A stretch of 64,000 nucleotides of DNA, taken from the NCBI GenBank assembly GCA_030430495.1, contig JAUIKM010000001.1, forward strand, positions 202,447 to 266,446, in the 5' to 3' direction. Position numbers and translations under genes: made by a program. Below the pieces are notes generated by a model. That model saw nothing but the letters and a program-made list of their open reading frames with translations, was not told where the DNA came from and did not search any database. This stretch comes from a bacterium (GTDB taxonomy: Bacteria > Bacteroidota > Ignavibacteria > Kapaibacteriales > UBA7675). Shown here piece by piece: positions 43,706-53,415 of this stretch; position 1 is the stretch's first letter, and every line of letters begins with the position of its first letter.

Positions 43706-43989
43706 TCTCGTTAAACAATCCGCGCCGTATTCTGGAAGCGCTCGGGGAAAGAAATGCGCGATAGATTTTGCTTGTTACAGCAAATTTGAACAAAAATTGA
43801 TTCGGCTCGATTTTCAGTCCGGTTTTGCCGTTGAACAGCATTCAGTATTTTTGTCTGGCCTGAACGCCCGAAGCATCACACAGGATGCACAAACTCAACC
43901 TATAGACAATTGCATGCCGTTCATCCCGATTGACCCCGGTTTTTTTTCGTGTAACATCGATATGCCGTCGTGCATTTCTGCTGGAGTCG

Positions 43990-44553
43990 ATGATGAAGTC
44001 AATTGATTATCCGGCTCTGAGTGACGAAGACCTGTTTGAACTGGTCAAGCGTCACAACGACAAAGTCGCCTTCGATGTGCTCTATAAACGCTACGATCGC
44101 CGTCTGTTTTCCTACTGCCTGCGGGCGATGGAAGACCGGGACGAAGCCAAAGATGTGTACCAGCAGGCAATCATGAATATCTATGCCAAGCGGGACACCT
44201 TCAAAGGCGGTAGCTACGTAGCCTGGTTAATGACCATCGTTCGCAATCAGTGCCTGATGGCCAAGCGCGGCAAAAAGTACACGCGCGACGTCGATGAAAT
44301 GCAGAACGTCCTCGTGGCGAGCGACTCCGTCGGCGCGACCGACCACGGACTCAACGAAGCGGTACACAAAGCCGTTGACTCATTACCGGCGGATTTCAAA
44401 GAAGTTGTCGCGATGCGCTACTTCGATGAATTTTCTTACGAACAGATCGCCCAGACACTGGGAATTTCGATGTCTCTTGTCAAAGTGCGTCTGTTTCGAG
44501 CTAAAAAACTGTTGCTTGAAGCACTGTCTCCATATCGGGAGGAGCTTCTATGA
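43990..44553 (+). CDS. ECF RNA polymerase sigma factor
   Basis: AFDVLYKRY, AWLMTIVRN, FSYEQIAQTLGISMSLVKVRLFRAK; GGAG RBS. Confidence 0.92.
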   Translation: MMKSIDYPALSDEDLFELVKRHNDKVAFDVLYKRYDRRLFSYCLRAMEDRDEAKDVYQQAIMNIYAKRDTFKGGSYVAWLMTIVRNQCLMAKRGKKYTRDVDEMQNVLVASDSVGATDHGLNEAVHKAVDSLPADFKEVVAMRYFDEFSYEQIAQTLGISMSLVKVRLFRAKKLLLEALSPYREELL

Positions 44554-45479
44554 ATCGCGATGAACTCATGGCAAAATATCTGGACGGCAGCCTCAATGCC
44601 GACGAACAGGCGCATCTGCAGTCACTGCTGGATTCGTCGCCTGAGATGGCCGAAGAGTTGCGCGCGCTGGAAGGGCTGGAACAGGCTCTGGCCGCGGGCG
44701 CGCCGTCGCTGGCCGCCGTCGATCTCGGCTTTCTTGACGAGGTCGGTCGTCGCGCAACGGATATGATTCCGGCTGCGCCGCCCGCGGGAGGCGGTCTGGA
44801 ATCGATCGGCGCCAAACTGGGCGGAAGCATTGCCGCCAAAATCGCCGGTATCGGCGGCGCGATCATCGTCGCCGGCGGCGCAGGTGTCGCCGTCTGGCAG
44901 ATGCAGTCGACCGACGATCTTTCCGCTCCGGCGCAGGCGACGGAGCAAATCGTCACCGACATCGACGAGGCTCCCTCGACGCTGCGGGACCTGGAACAGC
45001 CGCCGGACGAATTGCCGCCGGATGCAACGACACAAGCCGACGACGAGTCGTTTGAACCGCAAGCCGACGTCGAACACAATGCGGCGTCGAATTCACACTC
45101 CGATGCTGACGGCGTCGAAAACATGGATAAAAGCCAGGCGGAAACGCAGTCCGGTTTGACAGATCTGCCGCAAGCGGACGCTCCGACCAACGCAACCACG
45201 GAAGATGCCGAGTCCGGTACGGTGCACGGCGATGTGGAGAGCGAGGCGGCCCTGTTTAATCGGGATCTGCAGCGGCTGAACCAGAAGTTCCGCGCGGCGC
45301 AGACGGCGGGGGACAAAGCGACGCTGGCGCAGACGGCGCTGCAACTGGGCAAGCTGCTGGAAGGGCGCAATGCGGCGGACAGCCGAAAATACTACGAGTT
45401 GGCCGTCAGTTTTGCCGGCAAGGCCGGGCTGCGGGAAGTGGAACAGGCTGCGCGGCTGGCGCTCGACGGCATGAAGTAA
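44550..45479 (+). CDS. Putative anti-sigma factor (single TM)
   Basis: ATGA overlap with the sigma gene; KYLDGSL N-terminus, one TM segment, acidic linker, helical C-terminus. Confidence 0.7.
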   Translation: MNRDELMAKYLDGSLNADEQAHLQSLLDSSPEMAEELRALEGLEQALAAGAPSLAAVDLGFLDEVGRRATDMIPAAPPAGGGLESIGAKLGGSIAAKIAGIGGAIIVAGGAGVAVWQMQSTDDLSAPAQATEQIVTDIDEAPSTLRDLEQPPDELPPDATTQADDESFEPQADVEHNAASNSHSDADGVENMDKSQAETQSGLTDLPQADAPTNATTEDAESGTVHGDVESEAALFNRDLQRLNQKFRAAQTAGDKATLAQTALQLGKLLEGRNAADSRKYYELAVSFAGKAGLREVEQAARLALDGMK

Positions 45480-45524
45480 ATTCGGGCACACTTCTGCACA
45501 CCGTCGTATGCAAAATACGGATGC

Positions 45525-45555
45525 AAACGGGACTCAATTTTGGGTCCCGTTTTTT
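45525..45555 (+). terminator. Intrinsic terminator
   Basis: aaacgggactca-attt-tgggtcccgtttttt. Confidence 0.82.
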
Positions 45556-45608
45556 GTTTAAGCGCCGTGCGGGCGACCGCTTGTACACGTGAACGGCTAC
45601 GTTCATGC

Positions 45609-45842
45609 GCGAAAACTGCCCGTTGGCGTTTTTCCGCTTGTGTGGCCGGCGACGTGAGTGCATGTTACCGGGGTCGAACCTGCCGGAGGGTTCGGCCGCG
45701 CCACGCCGGGGAAGCCGCAAGGAGGCAGGCTCTGCTCAAAAAAAATACCGCGTCGCACGGGGCGGATGGACCGTGGTTTGATGTCGAAAAAAGTGGGAAA
45801 AGTGGCAAGGCGGAGGAGGGGGTGGGGCCCATTTATTGGGCC
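45609..45842 (+). repeat. Dispersed intergenic element family B, copy 2
   Basis: Shares both end motifs with 9723-9931; the interior is not alignable by eye. Confidence 0.75.
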
Positions 45843-46304
45843 AAACTTTCACCCAAATTGTTGCCTAGGCAACATTCTCCGCTTAAAAACTGCTCAATAT
45901 TGCCGAATTTCGCCTGTTTATTAACCCCGCAGTTTTGGTCTCTTTCATCCAGACCGGACGTTCCAGCGCATCAAAATGGCATTTCGGTCCAATGTTCCTG
46001 TGTAGCACGCTGTTTTGAGCACTTTTTGTTCGTTCGGCGCCGGCCGACCACGATTACTCTGCCCTTTTGCTTTCGCTTTTTACTCGCCTTGACCGCTATT
46101 TTACCGGACGCTGAATGCCACATCGCCCTGACCGCTTTGAGCTCTCACTGCCGTTCGGCTCAGGCTCTTTTGACTCTTTTGTTTGTCATTGAGCTTTAAA
46201 CTTCGGGTTCACAGTTGTCTTGAGTTAAACAGACGCAAAACCGAAAACCCGTCCCACAGTGACAAACAAAAGAAACAAACAAGCCGCCGAACAAGTGAGG
46301 AGGC

Positions 46305-46415
46305 GAAGTGTCAGGAGACAAGAAGTGAAATGTCAGGCGTCGGAAATCGAAGTGTCAGGAGACAAGAAGTGAAATGTCAGGCGTCAGAAGGCAAACGTCA
46401 GAAGGCAAACGTCAG
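46305..46415. repeat. Purine-rich short tandem repeats (44-bp and 14-bp periods)
   Basis: gaagtgtcaggagacaagaagtgaaatgtcaggcgtc at 46305 and 46349; gtcagaaggcaaac twice. Confidence 0.85.
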
Positions 46416-46429
46416 GAGTTAAACACGCG

Positions 46430-48358
46430 TCATTCCTCAACGCTGAAAACCAGAAGGCCCTGACGCGGCGCCGGAGCCTGAATCCTGCGTTTTGTGTCCA
46501 GCAAAGTCGTTTCCAGTTCGGCGGCGTTTAAAGTATGCCGGCCCAGTTCGCCACGGCGCGGAAATTCCTGCATGTTAAACGCGCCGGACAGCTCGCTCAG
46601 GAAGGTGTGAGCCTGGTTGAACGCCTCGATCGACGGTAAATTTTCAGCGCCGAACAGAATCAGCTCGCGCCGCCGCTGTTGCACCACCTCGTTGCCGCTT
46701 TCGCCCTGACGAAATCGCAACACGCCGCTGCCGATAATCTCCTGGCGGCCGCTGGAATCGACTACGCTGAACTCGTAAAGCGTCTGCTGGTCTACCAGTG
46801 CGCTCATGTCGTAGGCAAAGTCGATCGGCACGTCGAGACGCGAAGGTGGAATGCCCTCGCCGCCGATGGAATCGACCGCAAAACCGTTAAAACGCAGCAC
46901 GATCGACCAGGATGTTAAACCCGCCTCCGAAATAATGTCGGACGCAAAACGAACCACCGGCGTCGGGCCGAGTGAAATTGTGTCGCTCGTGCGCAGGAAG
47001 CGCGAGCCGTCCGCAAAAACGGCGTTGATGCGCAGGGCGTCGTCCAGTTTAACTACGTTGCTGTTTAAGGGCCGCAGTTCGATCGCATTGCCGCCGGCGC
47101 GCTCCACCATGTCCCTTAACATCTGCGCCTGGACCAGCGCCGATGCGCCTTTTTGGCCCAGCGAGTGATAACTGATGGAAATGTGCCCGCCCTCTTTCAA
47201 GGCCTGTCCGATATTCCGCGGCAGCTCCCTGTACTGCGCGTAGAGCGGGTCGAGCCGCGCCATCATTGTGTTGAAGTCGCTCGTGCGCATCGGTGTAAAT
47301 GAGGTTGGAACCTGGACAAGGCGCTCCACAAGCGTCGGTTTGAGTTCGAGCGTCAACGCGTCGCTTTCACTGCCGTCGCTGCCGACAAACTTTGCCGCGA
47401 CGCTGCCCGTCAGCAGTGGTTCCGGCGCGGGAATTTCCTGCAGCCACTCCTCGAAGACCTGGATTAAAACATAGCGTTCCGTCTCGCCTTCGACCGAGGT
47501 TTGTTCCTCGCGCCGCAAGCGCAGTGTCATGCGTTCGCCCGCGATCCCGTAGGTCAGCGACATCGATGTGTCGCGCTGAAAAATCGTGTCGCGGCGGATG
47601 TGTTTATCGGGCCGGGCGCCGAATGCCAGCGCCACGCCGCCGCGGATCGACCAGGTTTTCCATTCCGTTTCTTCGACGATGTTGTTAAGTCCGATCAGCA
47701 GATCGACGGAAGGGCGCAGCACCGCGTCGGCGCCGCCAATCGGAATGTCGTAGCCGAGTGCGGCGTGCAGCGAAGCCTGTACGTTCATCGATTCAACCGC
47801 GCCGGTTTTTTCCGGGAATTCGTAGACGAGTCCGGTGCCCGTCGGCAGGCGCTGCTGCTGGTCGTAAAATGTCGAAGTAAAAAAGGACAAGTGTGCGCCG
47901 AGCGTCAGCCAGGGCCAGTAGGGCTCGCGCCAGGCCAGATAGGGCTCAAGAGCAAAGGCGTCGAGTTCCGTCAACAGATCGTGCGTGAAAAAGGTGTTGA
48001 ACGGCGCGTCGCTGACCAGAATGGTCGTGGCTTCCAAGGCGCGGAACTGCGGCTGATAGCGCTGGTACTCCGCGCGCAGTCCGGCGTGAAACGGCACGCC
48101 AAGCGGAAATTCAACAAAACCGTGCAGCGCAAAATTGACTTCGCTCGTGTCGCCGAAAGGCGCTTCCGGCTTGGGTACGCCCGGCAGATTGTTGAAGTCG
48201 GCGGAGTGTGAGACTTCGCCGACGGAGATGCCGCCGCCGTACTGCGCGTCCCCCGAACGCGCCGACGCGCGCGAAGTTGACAGGACCGCACACAAACAGC
48301 CGATTAAACAGCCGAACAGAATATTGCGAATGGGGAAACTTGGCGTCGGTGCCGGCAT
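46430..48358 (-). CDS. Secreted hypothetical protein, probable N-terminal outer-membrane beta-barrel
   Basis: Signal peptide; amphipathic aromatic strands ending WSIRGGVALAFG; extra C-terminal domains. Confidence 0.7.
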   Translation of the reverse strand: MPAPTPSFPIRNILFGCLIGCLCAVLSTSRASARSGDAQYGGGISVGEVSHSADFNNLPGVPKPEAPFGDTSEVNFALHGFVEFPLGVPFHAGLRAEYQRYQPQFRALEATTILVSDAPFNTFFTHDLLTELDAFALEPYLAWREPYWPWLTLGAHLSFFTSTFYDQQQRLPTGTGLVYEFPEKTGAVESMNVQASLHAALGYDIPIGGADAVLRPSVDLLIGLNNIVEETEWKTWSIRGGVALAFGARPDKHIRRDTIFQRDTSMSLTYGIAGERMTLRLRREEQTSVEGETERYVLIQVFEEWLQEIPAPEPLLTGSVAAKFVGSDGSESDALTLELKPTLVERLVQVPTSFTPMRTSDFNTMMARLDPLYAQYRELPRNIGQALKEGGHISISYHSLGQKGASALVQAQMLRDMVERAGGNAIELRPLNSNVVKLDDALRINAVFADGSRFLRTSDTISLGPTPVVRFASDIISEAGLTSWSIVLRFNGFAVDSIGGEGIPPSRLDVPIDFAYDMSALVDQQTLYEFSVVDSSGRQEIIGSGVLRFRQGESGNEVVQQRRRELILFGAENLPSIEAFNQAHTFLSELSGAFNMQEFPRRGELGRHTLNAAELETTLLDTKRRIQAPAPRQGLLVFSVEE

Positions 48359-48381
48359 AGTGTGCTGGTATTGTGGTCGAA

Positions 48382-49599
48382 TTACTCGATGATCAGCAGG
48401 CGCGTGATCGAGTTGGCGTTAATGGACAGGCGCAGATAGTACAGGCCGCTCGCAAGCTGGTCGAGGTTGTTAAGCTCAAATTCAACAACCGCGTCTTCGC
48501 GCGGCAGCAGGTCCGTCAGATTGCGCAGAACTTCACCGCGCGAGTTGTACAGCACCAGCAGGACGTCGTTTAATCTGTTCGAGTCGTCGTCCTGCGGCAC
48601 GCTTGTGGCGCGTATCATCGCAGTGGCCGAAGCCGGATTGGGCGACACATCCAGTTCCAGATCGGCCTGGTTGACGTTGAGCAGCCGCGGAATGCCGTTC
48701 TCGTAGTAGATGTCTTCTATGGCAAATGAGCCGTGACCGAGCGCCACCGGACTTAACAGCGTATCGCGCGGCACCAGCGGCAGCGGGACATTCCAGGTCA
48801 ATTCAACCATCTGAATCTGCGACTGCTGCAGATCGCCGAGCATGACCACCATGGGAATATTAAACAGGGTGTCGCCGACATCGATTCGGCTGTCGCGCGT
48901 TACCTGCAGCGATTTCTGCACCGCCTGGATTCCGTGCACGATCGGCGCGCGGTCGCTGATATTGGCCGGCGCAAGCACCGTGGCGTTAATGGTAAAGGTG
49001 ACGCGCGCAAAATTGACGCGCGTCAGCGCATAGGGCCGCGAGTCAAAGCGCTTGAGAATGACGGGCACGTTGATGGTATCGCCGACTTTTCCCGACAAGG
49101 CCGGAATATACACGCTGTCGATCGGCACGCGATCCTGAATCATGTTTGCGCGCAGCTCGACGCGAATCGTGTCGCTGCGGCTGACGAAGGTCGCAAACGC
49201 GGTTTTTATGCCGTTCGGCTCCATTTCCTGCGGCGGAGGCGGGCGGAAAAGGATGTTGATCGCCTCGCGATTATCACGCTGCACCACGAAGCGATTGCGC
49301 AGCACGCGGAACAGTTTTGCATCGGGACCCGTGAGCGGCTGGGCGTTAAAATTGACGTTGATGCTGCGGCAATTGGTGAACACCAGAACCTGGGTGCGTC
49401 CCTCGGAATCGCGGTTGACGTCGCCGAAATCCAGCACCTCGGGAGCGGTGACGGCATTCTCGGTTAACACCCTGTCGCCCGTGGACTTGCCGTCCGGCGG
49501 CGCGGCCAACGACGTTGTCGACGCCGCAACTGCCCACAGCACGACGAACAAAATGGTCATCGGGCAGGGGCCGCCGGGAAAGATAGGACGTTTGATCAT
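48382..49599 (-). CDS. T9SS-sorted protein with Ig-like and cohesin-like domains
   Basis: LDFGDV Ig-like start, GKVGDTINVPV; C-terminal VSPNPAS...LYNSRGE...LASGLYYLRL..LII typical of a type A CTD. Start uncertain. Confidence 0.8.
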   Translation of the reverse strand: MIKRPIFPGGPCPMTILFVVLWAVAASTTSLAAPPDGKSTGDRVLTENAVTAPEVLDFGDVNRDSEGRTQVLVFTNCRSINVNFNAQPLTGPDAKLFRVLRNRFVVQRDNREAINILFRPPPPQEMEPNGIKTAFATFVSRSDTIRVELRANMIQDRVPIDSVYIPALSGKVGDTINVPVILKRFDSRPYALTRVNFARVTFTINATVLAPANISDRAPIVHGIQAVQKSLQVTRDSRIDVGDTLFNIPMVVMLGDLQQSQIQMVELTWNVPLPLVPRDTLLSPVALGHGSFAIEDIYYENGIPRLLNVNQADLELDVSPNPASATAMIRATSVPQDDDSNRLNDVLLVLYNSRGEVLRNLTDLLPREDAVVEFELNNLDQLASGLYYLRLSINANSITRLLIIE

Positions 49600-49779
49600 A
49601 AGGACTTCCGCGGAATGCGACGCAAACTGAAGCGCCGATAATACAAAAAGCGGGCGGCTTGCACAAATGCGACGCGCCGGGACGGGCGGCCGCAATTTGA
49701 TTGCCAGGAAACCGCGAAGTATTTTTGCGGTTGCGTTCCTCGCAAATCTCTTCCTGCTCTACCAACCTGCGGATACTTC

Positions 49780-52518
49780 ATGCACTCTTCCGTTCAGTTG
49801 AATGCCCGGTCGTACGTTTCCACGACCAACACCTCCGTGCCGCGCGCGTGGCACGCATTTCTCCTGATTGTTTTACTGAGTTTCTTTTGTTTGTCATCGG
49901 GAGTTCAGGCTCAGGACTCCAATTCAGGAGTTTTTTCGGGTCGTGTTCTCGATGCCGAAGACAGCGAGCCGGTTCCCGGCGCGGTCGTCGCCGTGCTTGG
50001 AATCCGCCGCGGAGCCATCAGTCGGTCGGACGGTTCGTTCCGCATTATTTTGCCTCCCGGCGCCTATACGGTGCGCATTTCCGCGCTGGGATACGGCATG
50101 GTGCAGGAAGACATATCCGTGTTTCCGGGTGAAAGCACCGAACAGGATTTTATGCTGGAGAGCAGCGTTGTGCAACTGGGTGAGGTGACGGTGACCGTCG
50201 GCTCGCGTGCGGACCGCACCGCCATCGAGACGGCCGCGCCGATCGACATCATCGACGCCCGCGACATTGCGCGCAGTGGATACACGGAACTGGGTGAGGC
50301 GCTGCAACAACTGGCGCCGTCCTTCTTTTCGGCCAATCAGACCGTTGCCGACGGCACGGATCACGTCGATCCCGCCAGCCTGCGCGGCCTCGGCCCGGAC
50401 CAGGTTCTCGTGCTGGTGAACGGCAAACGCCGCCACAATTCGGCCCTGGTCAACGTCAACGGCACGGTGGGCCGCGGATCCGTCGGCACGGATTTTAACG
50501 CCATCCCGATCGCGGCAATCGAACGCATTGAGATTTTACGCGACGGCGCGGGCGCGCAGTACGGCTCGGACGCCATCGCCGGCGTCATCAATATTCAACT
50601 GAAAACGGATCCGCACAAGCTGGAAACCGGCGCGCTGGCCGCCACGACGGCGGAGGGCGACGGCGAAGAGATCATGGCCTACGCCAATCTGGGCGCGGAA
50701 CTGGGCGACATGGGCTATGCCACCGTCACCGCTGAAATTCGCGATCGCCAACCGACCAACCGCGCGGGAACCTACACCGGCGCGGTGTTCAGCGATGATC
50801 CGGCCACGGACGAAGCGCTGATAGCCGAACGCAATTTTGACCGCAATTCGATGCACATCGGTCGCTCGGAGCAGAGCAGCGCCGCACTCTTTTTCAATGC
50901 GCTCACGCCCATATCGCGCGAAGTCGACTTCTACGCCTTCGGTGGTCTCAGCTATCGCGAAGGCCGTGGTTTTGGCTTTTACCGCTACCCGATTCAGGAA
51001 GAACGCGGCAACCTGATCCTCTATCCGGACGGATTTCTGCCGGAGATTTCAACGACTATTCTGGATCAGTCGCTGGCGCTGGGAATGAGCGCGTATTACG
51101 GCGACTGGATCAGCAACTTCAGCCTGAACCACGGCGGCAACACATTCATTTTCGGCGTGGACAATTCCATCAACGCTTCGATGGGACTGGACAGCCCGAC
51201 CGAATTTGACGCCGGAACACTCATCTACGACCAGACCAGCCTGAATGTGGACCTGCTGCGCTACTACAGCGATGAAGAGGCCGGCATTCCGCTGACCCTG
51301 GCAGTCGGCGGCGAATTCCGCGTGGAGCACTACGCCATCGAAGCCGGCGATCCCGAGTCCTGGCAGTTCGGCGGCGACACAACCTCAACGGGCGCGCCCA
51401 AATCGCCCGGAGCGCAGGTGTTTCCCGGCTTCCAGCCCGGCAACGAAGTAAACAAACGCCGCACGAACCTGGCGCTCTATGCCGAACTGGAGAGCGACCT
51501 GAATGAGATGCTTTTTCTTGGTGTCTCGTCGCGCTACGAAAATTACAGCGACTTCGGCGATCAGCTGAGCGCCAAGTTTTCCGGGCGTTTTGCACCGGTC
51601 GAACACCTGGCGTTCCGCGCCACGATCGGGACCGGTTTCCGCGCGCCTTCGCTGCAACAGCGCTATTTCAATAACATCAGCACGCAGTTTGTGGAAGACC
51701 CGACGACGGGAGAACTCGTGGCGCGTCAGGTGCTGACGAGTGAAAACAACAGCCCGGTGACGCGCGCCTTCGGCATTCCTTCGCTCAAGGAAGAAACCAG
51801 TTTGAACATCAGCGCCGGGGTTGTGGTGCAACCGACCGAGAATTTCTCGATCACACTGGACGCCTACCAGATCGACATCGACGACCGCATTGTTCTGTCC
51901 GGCCGTTTTGCCGACAGCGATCCGGCCGCGGCGGCACTTCTTGCGCCGTTCACGTCGGTCTCCGCCGCGCAGTTTTTCACCAACGCCGTCGACACGCGCA
52001 CGCGCGGCATCGACCTGGTACTGGCATACAACATTCGCTTCGGCGGCGGCGAGTTGCTTTCGAGTCTGGCGCTCAACGTCACGCAGACGGAGGTGCAGGC
52101 CATCCACGTTCCCGACGAACTCGTCGGCCTGGAAGAAACGCTGTTTAACCGCGAGGAACAATCGCGTCTGGAGACGGTGACGCCCGGTCAGCAGGCCGTG
52201 CTGGGAATATCGTACCGTTTGAAAGACTGGACGGCCACGGGACGAGTAAACTACTACGGCGAGGTCGAGTACGTACATCCGAGTATTGCCGCGAACGACC
52301 AGACTTTTGCAGCCAAAACCACCGTCGACGCGGAAGTACAGTATCGACTTTTCCAGGGCGTGAGTTTTGGACTGGGCGGCAAGAACGTTTTTGACGTGTA
52401 TCCGGACGAGAACATCGTAGCAAACCAAAGCGATGGCCGCTTTCTGTACAGTCGCCGCGTAACGCAATTCGGTTTTGAGGGCGCCAACTACTATTTGAAG
52501 CTGCACCTGGACCTTTAG
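49780..52518 (+). CDS. TonB-dependent receptor with N-terminal carboxypeptidase-regulatory-like domain
   Basis: SGRVLDAEDSEPVPGAVV; plug LRGLGPDQVLVLVNGKRRH, IERIEILRDGAGAQYGSDAIAGVINI; GFRAPSL. Confidence 0.93.
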   Translation: MHSSVQLNARSYVSTTNTSVPRAWHAFLLIVLLSFFCLSSGVQAQDSNSGVFSGRVLDAEDSEPVPGAVVAVLGIRRGAISRSDGSFRIILPPGAYTVRISALGYGMVQEDISVFPGESTEQDFMLESSVVQLGEVTVTVGSRADRTAIETAAPIDIIDARDIARSGYTELGEALQQLAPSFFSANQTVADGTDHVDPASLRGLGPDQVLVLVNGKRRHNSALVNVNGTVGRGSVGTDFNAIPIAAIERIEILRDGAGAQYGSDAIAGVINIQLKTDPHKLETGALAATTAEGDGEEIMAYANLGAELGDMGYATVTAEIRDRQPTNRAGTYTGAVFSDDPATDEALIAERNFDRNSMHIGRSEQSSAALFFNALTPISREVDFYAFGGLSYREGRGFGFYRYPIQEERGNLILYPDGFLPEISTTILDQSLALGMSAYYGDWISNFSLNHGGNTFIFGVDNSINASMGLDSPTEFDAGTLIYDQTSLNVDLLRYYSDEEAGIPLTLAVGGEFRVEHYAIEAGDPESWQFGGDTTSTGAPKSPGAQVFPGFQPGNEVNKRRTNLALYAELESDLNEMLFLGVSSRYENYSDFGDQLSAKFSGRFAPVEHLAFRATIGTGFRAPSLQQRYFNNISTQFVEDPTTGELVARQVLTSENNSPVTRAFGIPSLKEETSLNISAGVVVQPTENFSITLDAYQIDIDDRIVLSGRFADSDPAAAALLAPFTSVSAAQFFTNAVDTRTRGIDLVLAYNIRFGGGELLSSLALNVTQTEVQAIHVPDELVGLEETLFNREEQSRLETVTPGQQAVLGISYRLKDWTATGRVNYYGEVEYVHPSIAANDQTFAAKTTVDAEVQYRLFQGVSFGLGGKNVFDVYPDENIVANQSDGRFLYSRRVTQFGFEGANYYLKLHLDL

Positions 52519-52589
52519 GAGTTCGCTGGGGCGGAGGCGTCGGCAGGTGATTCGGACTATTCCCTCGGCAGCGACAATGTCAGTTCAAC

Positions 52590-52620
52590 AAGCCGCGGTC
52601 AAAATGACTGCGGCTTTTTT
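52590..52620 (+). terminator. Intrinsic terminator
   Basis: aagccgcggtca-aaa-tgactgcggctttttt. Confidence 0.85.
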
Positions 52621-52900
52621 GTGCCCGCACCTCACGGGCATCGAATAATGGCAGCACCAGTGGACAAGCCACGCTACCTGAAAATCCCGGGCGGTGAATA
52701 GTCCGCACAATCGTTATTCCGATGTTTTCGCGCAGAGATAAAAGCTGGCACCGGGCGCGTTTGCGATGACCTGTAAACGCATTGCGATAGACTTGACTAC
52801 CGTTGGCAACGGAATTTGCTACGTTTAACCACGTTCTGGCGCCGCTCAGTTTTTTACAGCTTGCGGAGTGGCCTGCGCTGATTAAACTGTCGCTGATGAC

Positions 52901-53069
52901 TCGCGCGCCGGCAGCGAGGATCCGCGACCGAATGACTCAAAAGAATCTGCACTGAAGCAGGGTGGGAGGAGTGCGTTTGAGCGTGGAGGTACGTCACGTG
53001 GCGGCGGCGGGGAGGTCCCCTGATCTAGCGGGAAGTACGTCAAAAATTTCGATCACTCCCGCTCAACAC
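52901..53069 (+). repeat. Dispersed intergenic element family A, copy 3
   Basis: About 90% identical to 31468-31636. Confidence 0.95.
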
Positions 53070-53415
53070 CTCAAACCGGCCGTTCAAGCCATGTTAACCA
53101 GCGATCATTCACATCAGCCCCAAAGCCTGAAAACTCCGCACCAAATTTCTTCAATAACTCAAAGCGATTTGAAATTGCCCCCCCAACGGAGCCAATTTCT
53201 GAATGAATGCCCGAGTTTTTCAGTTTAACGTGCCGGTGTTCAAAACAGACTCACACACATGGGAACCCGGAGCCTTCCGACCGACCTGACGTTTAACGAC
53301 CGGACGACGCACTTGTGACTCAATGACTGAAAGCCTGACGTTGCCTGTGCGATGACCACTGTTGTACGGACTTTCCGCCGGCGGACTTCAAACAGACTCG
53401 CATCTTTCAACTCGA

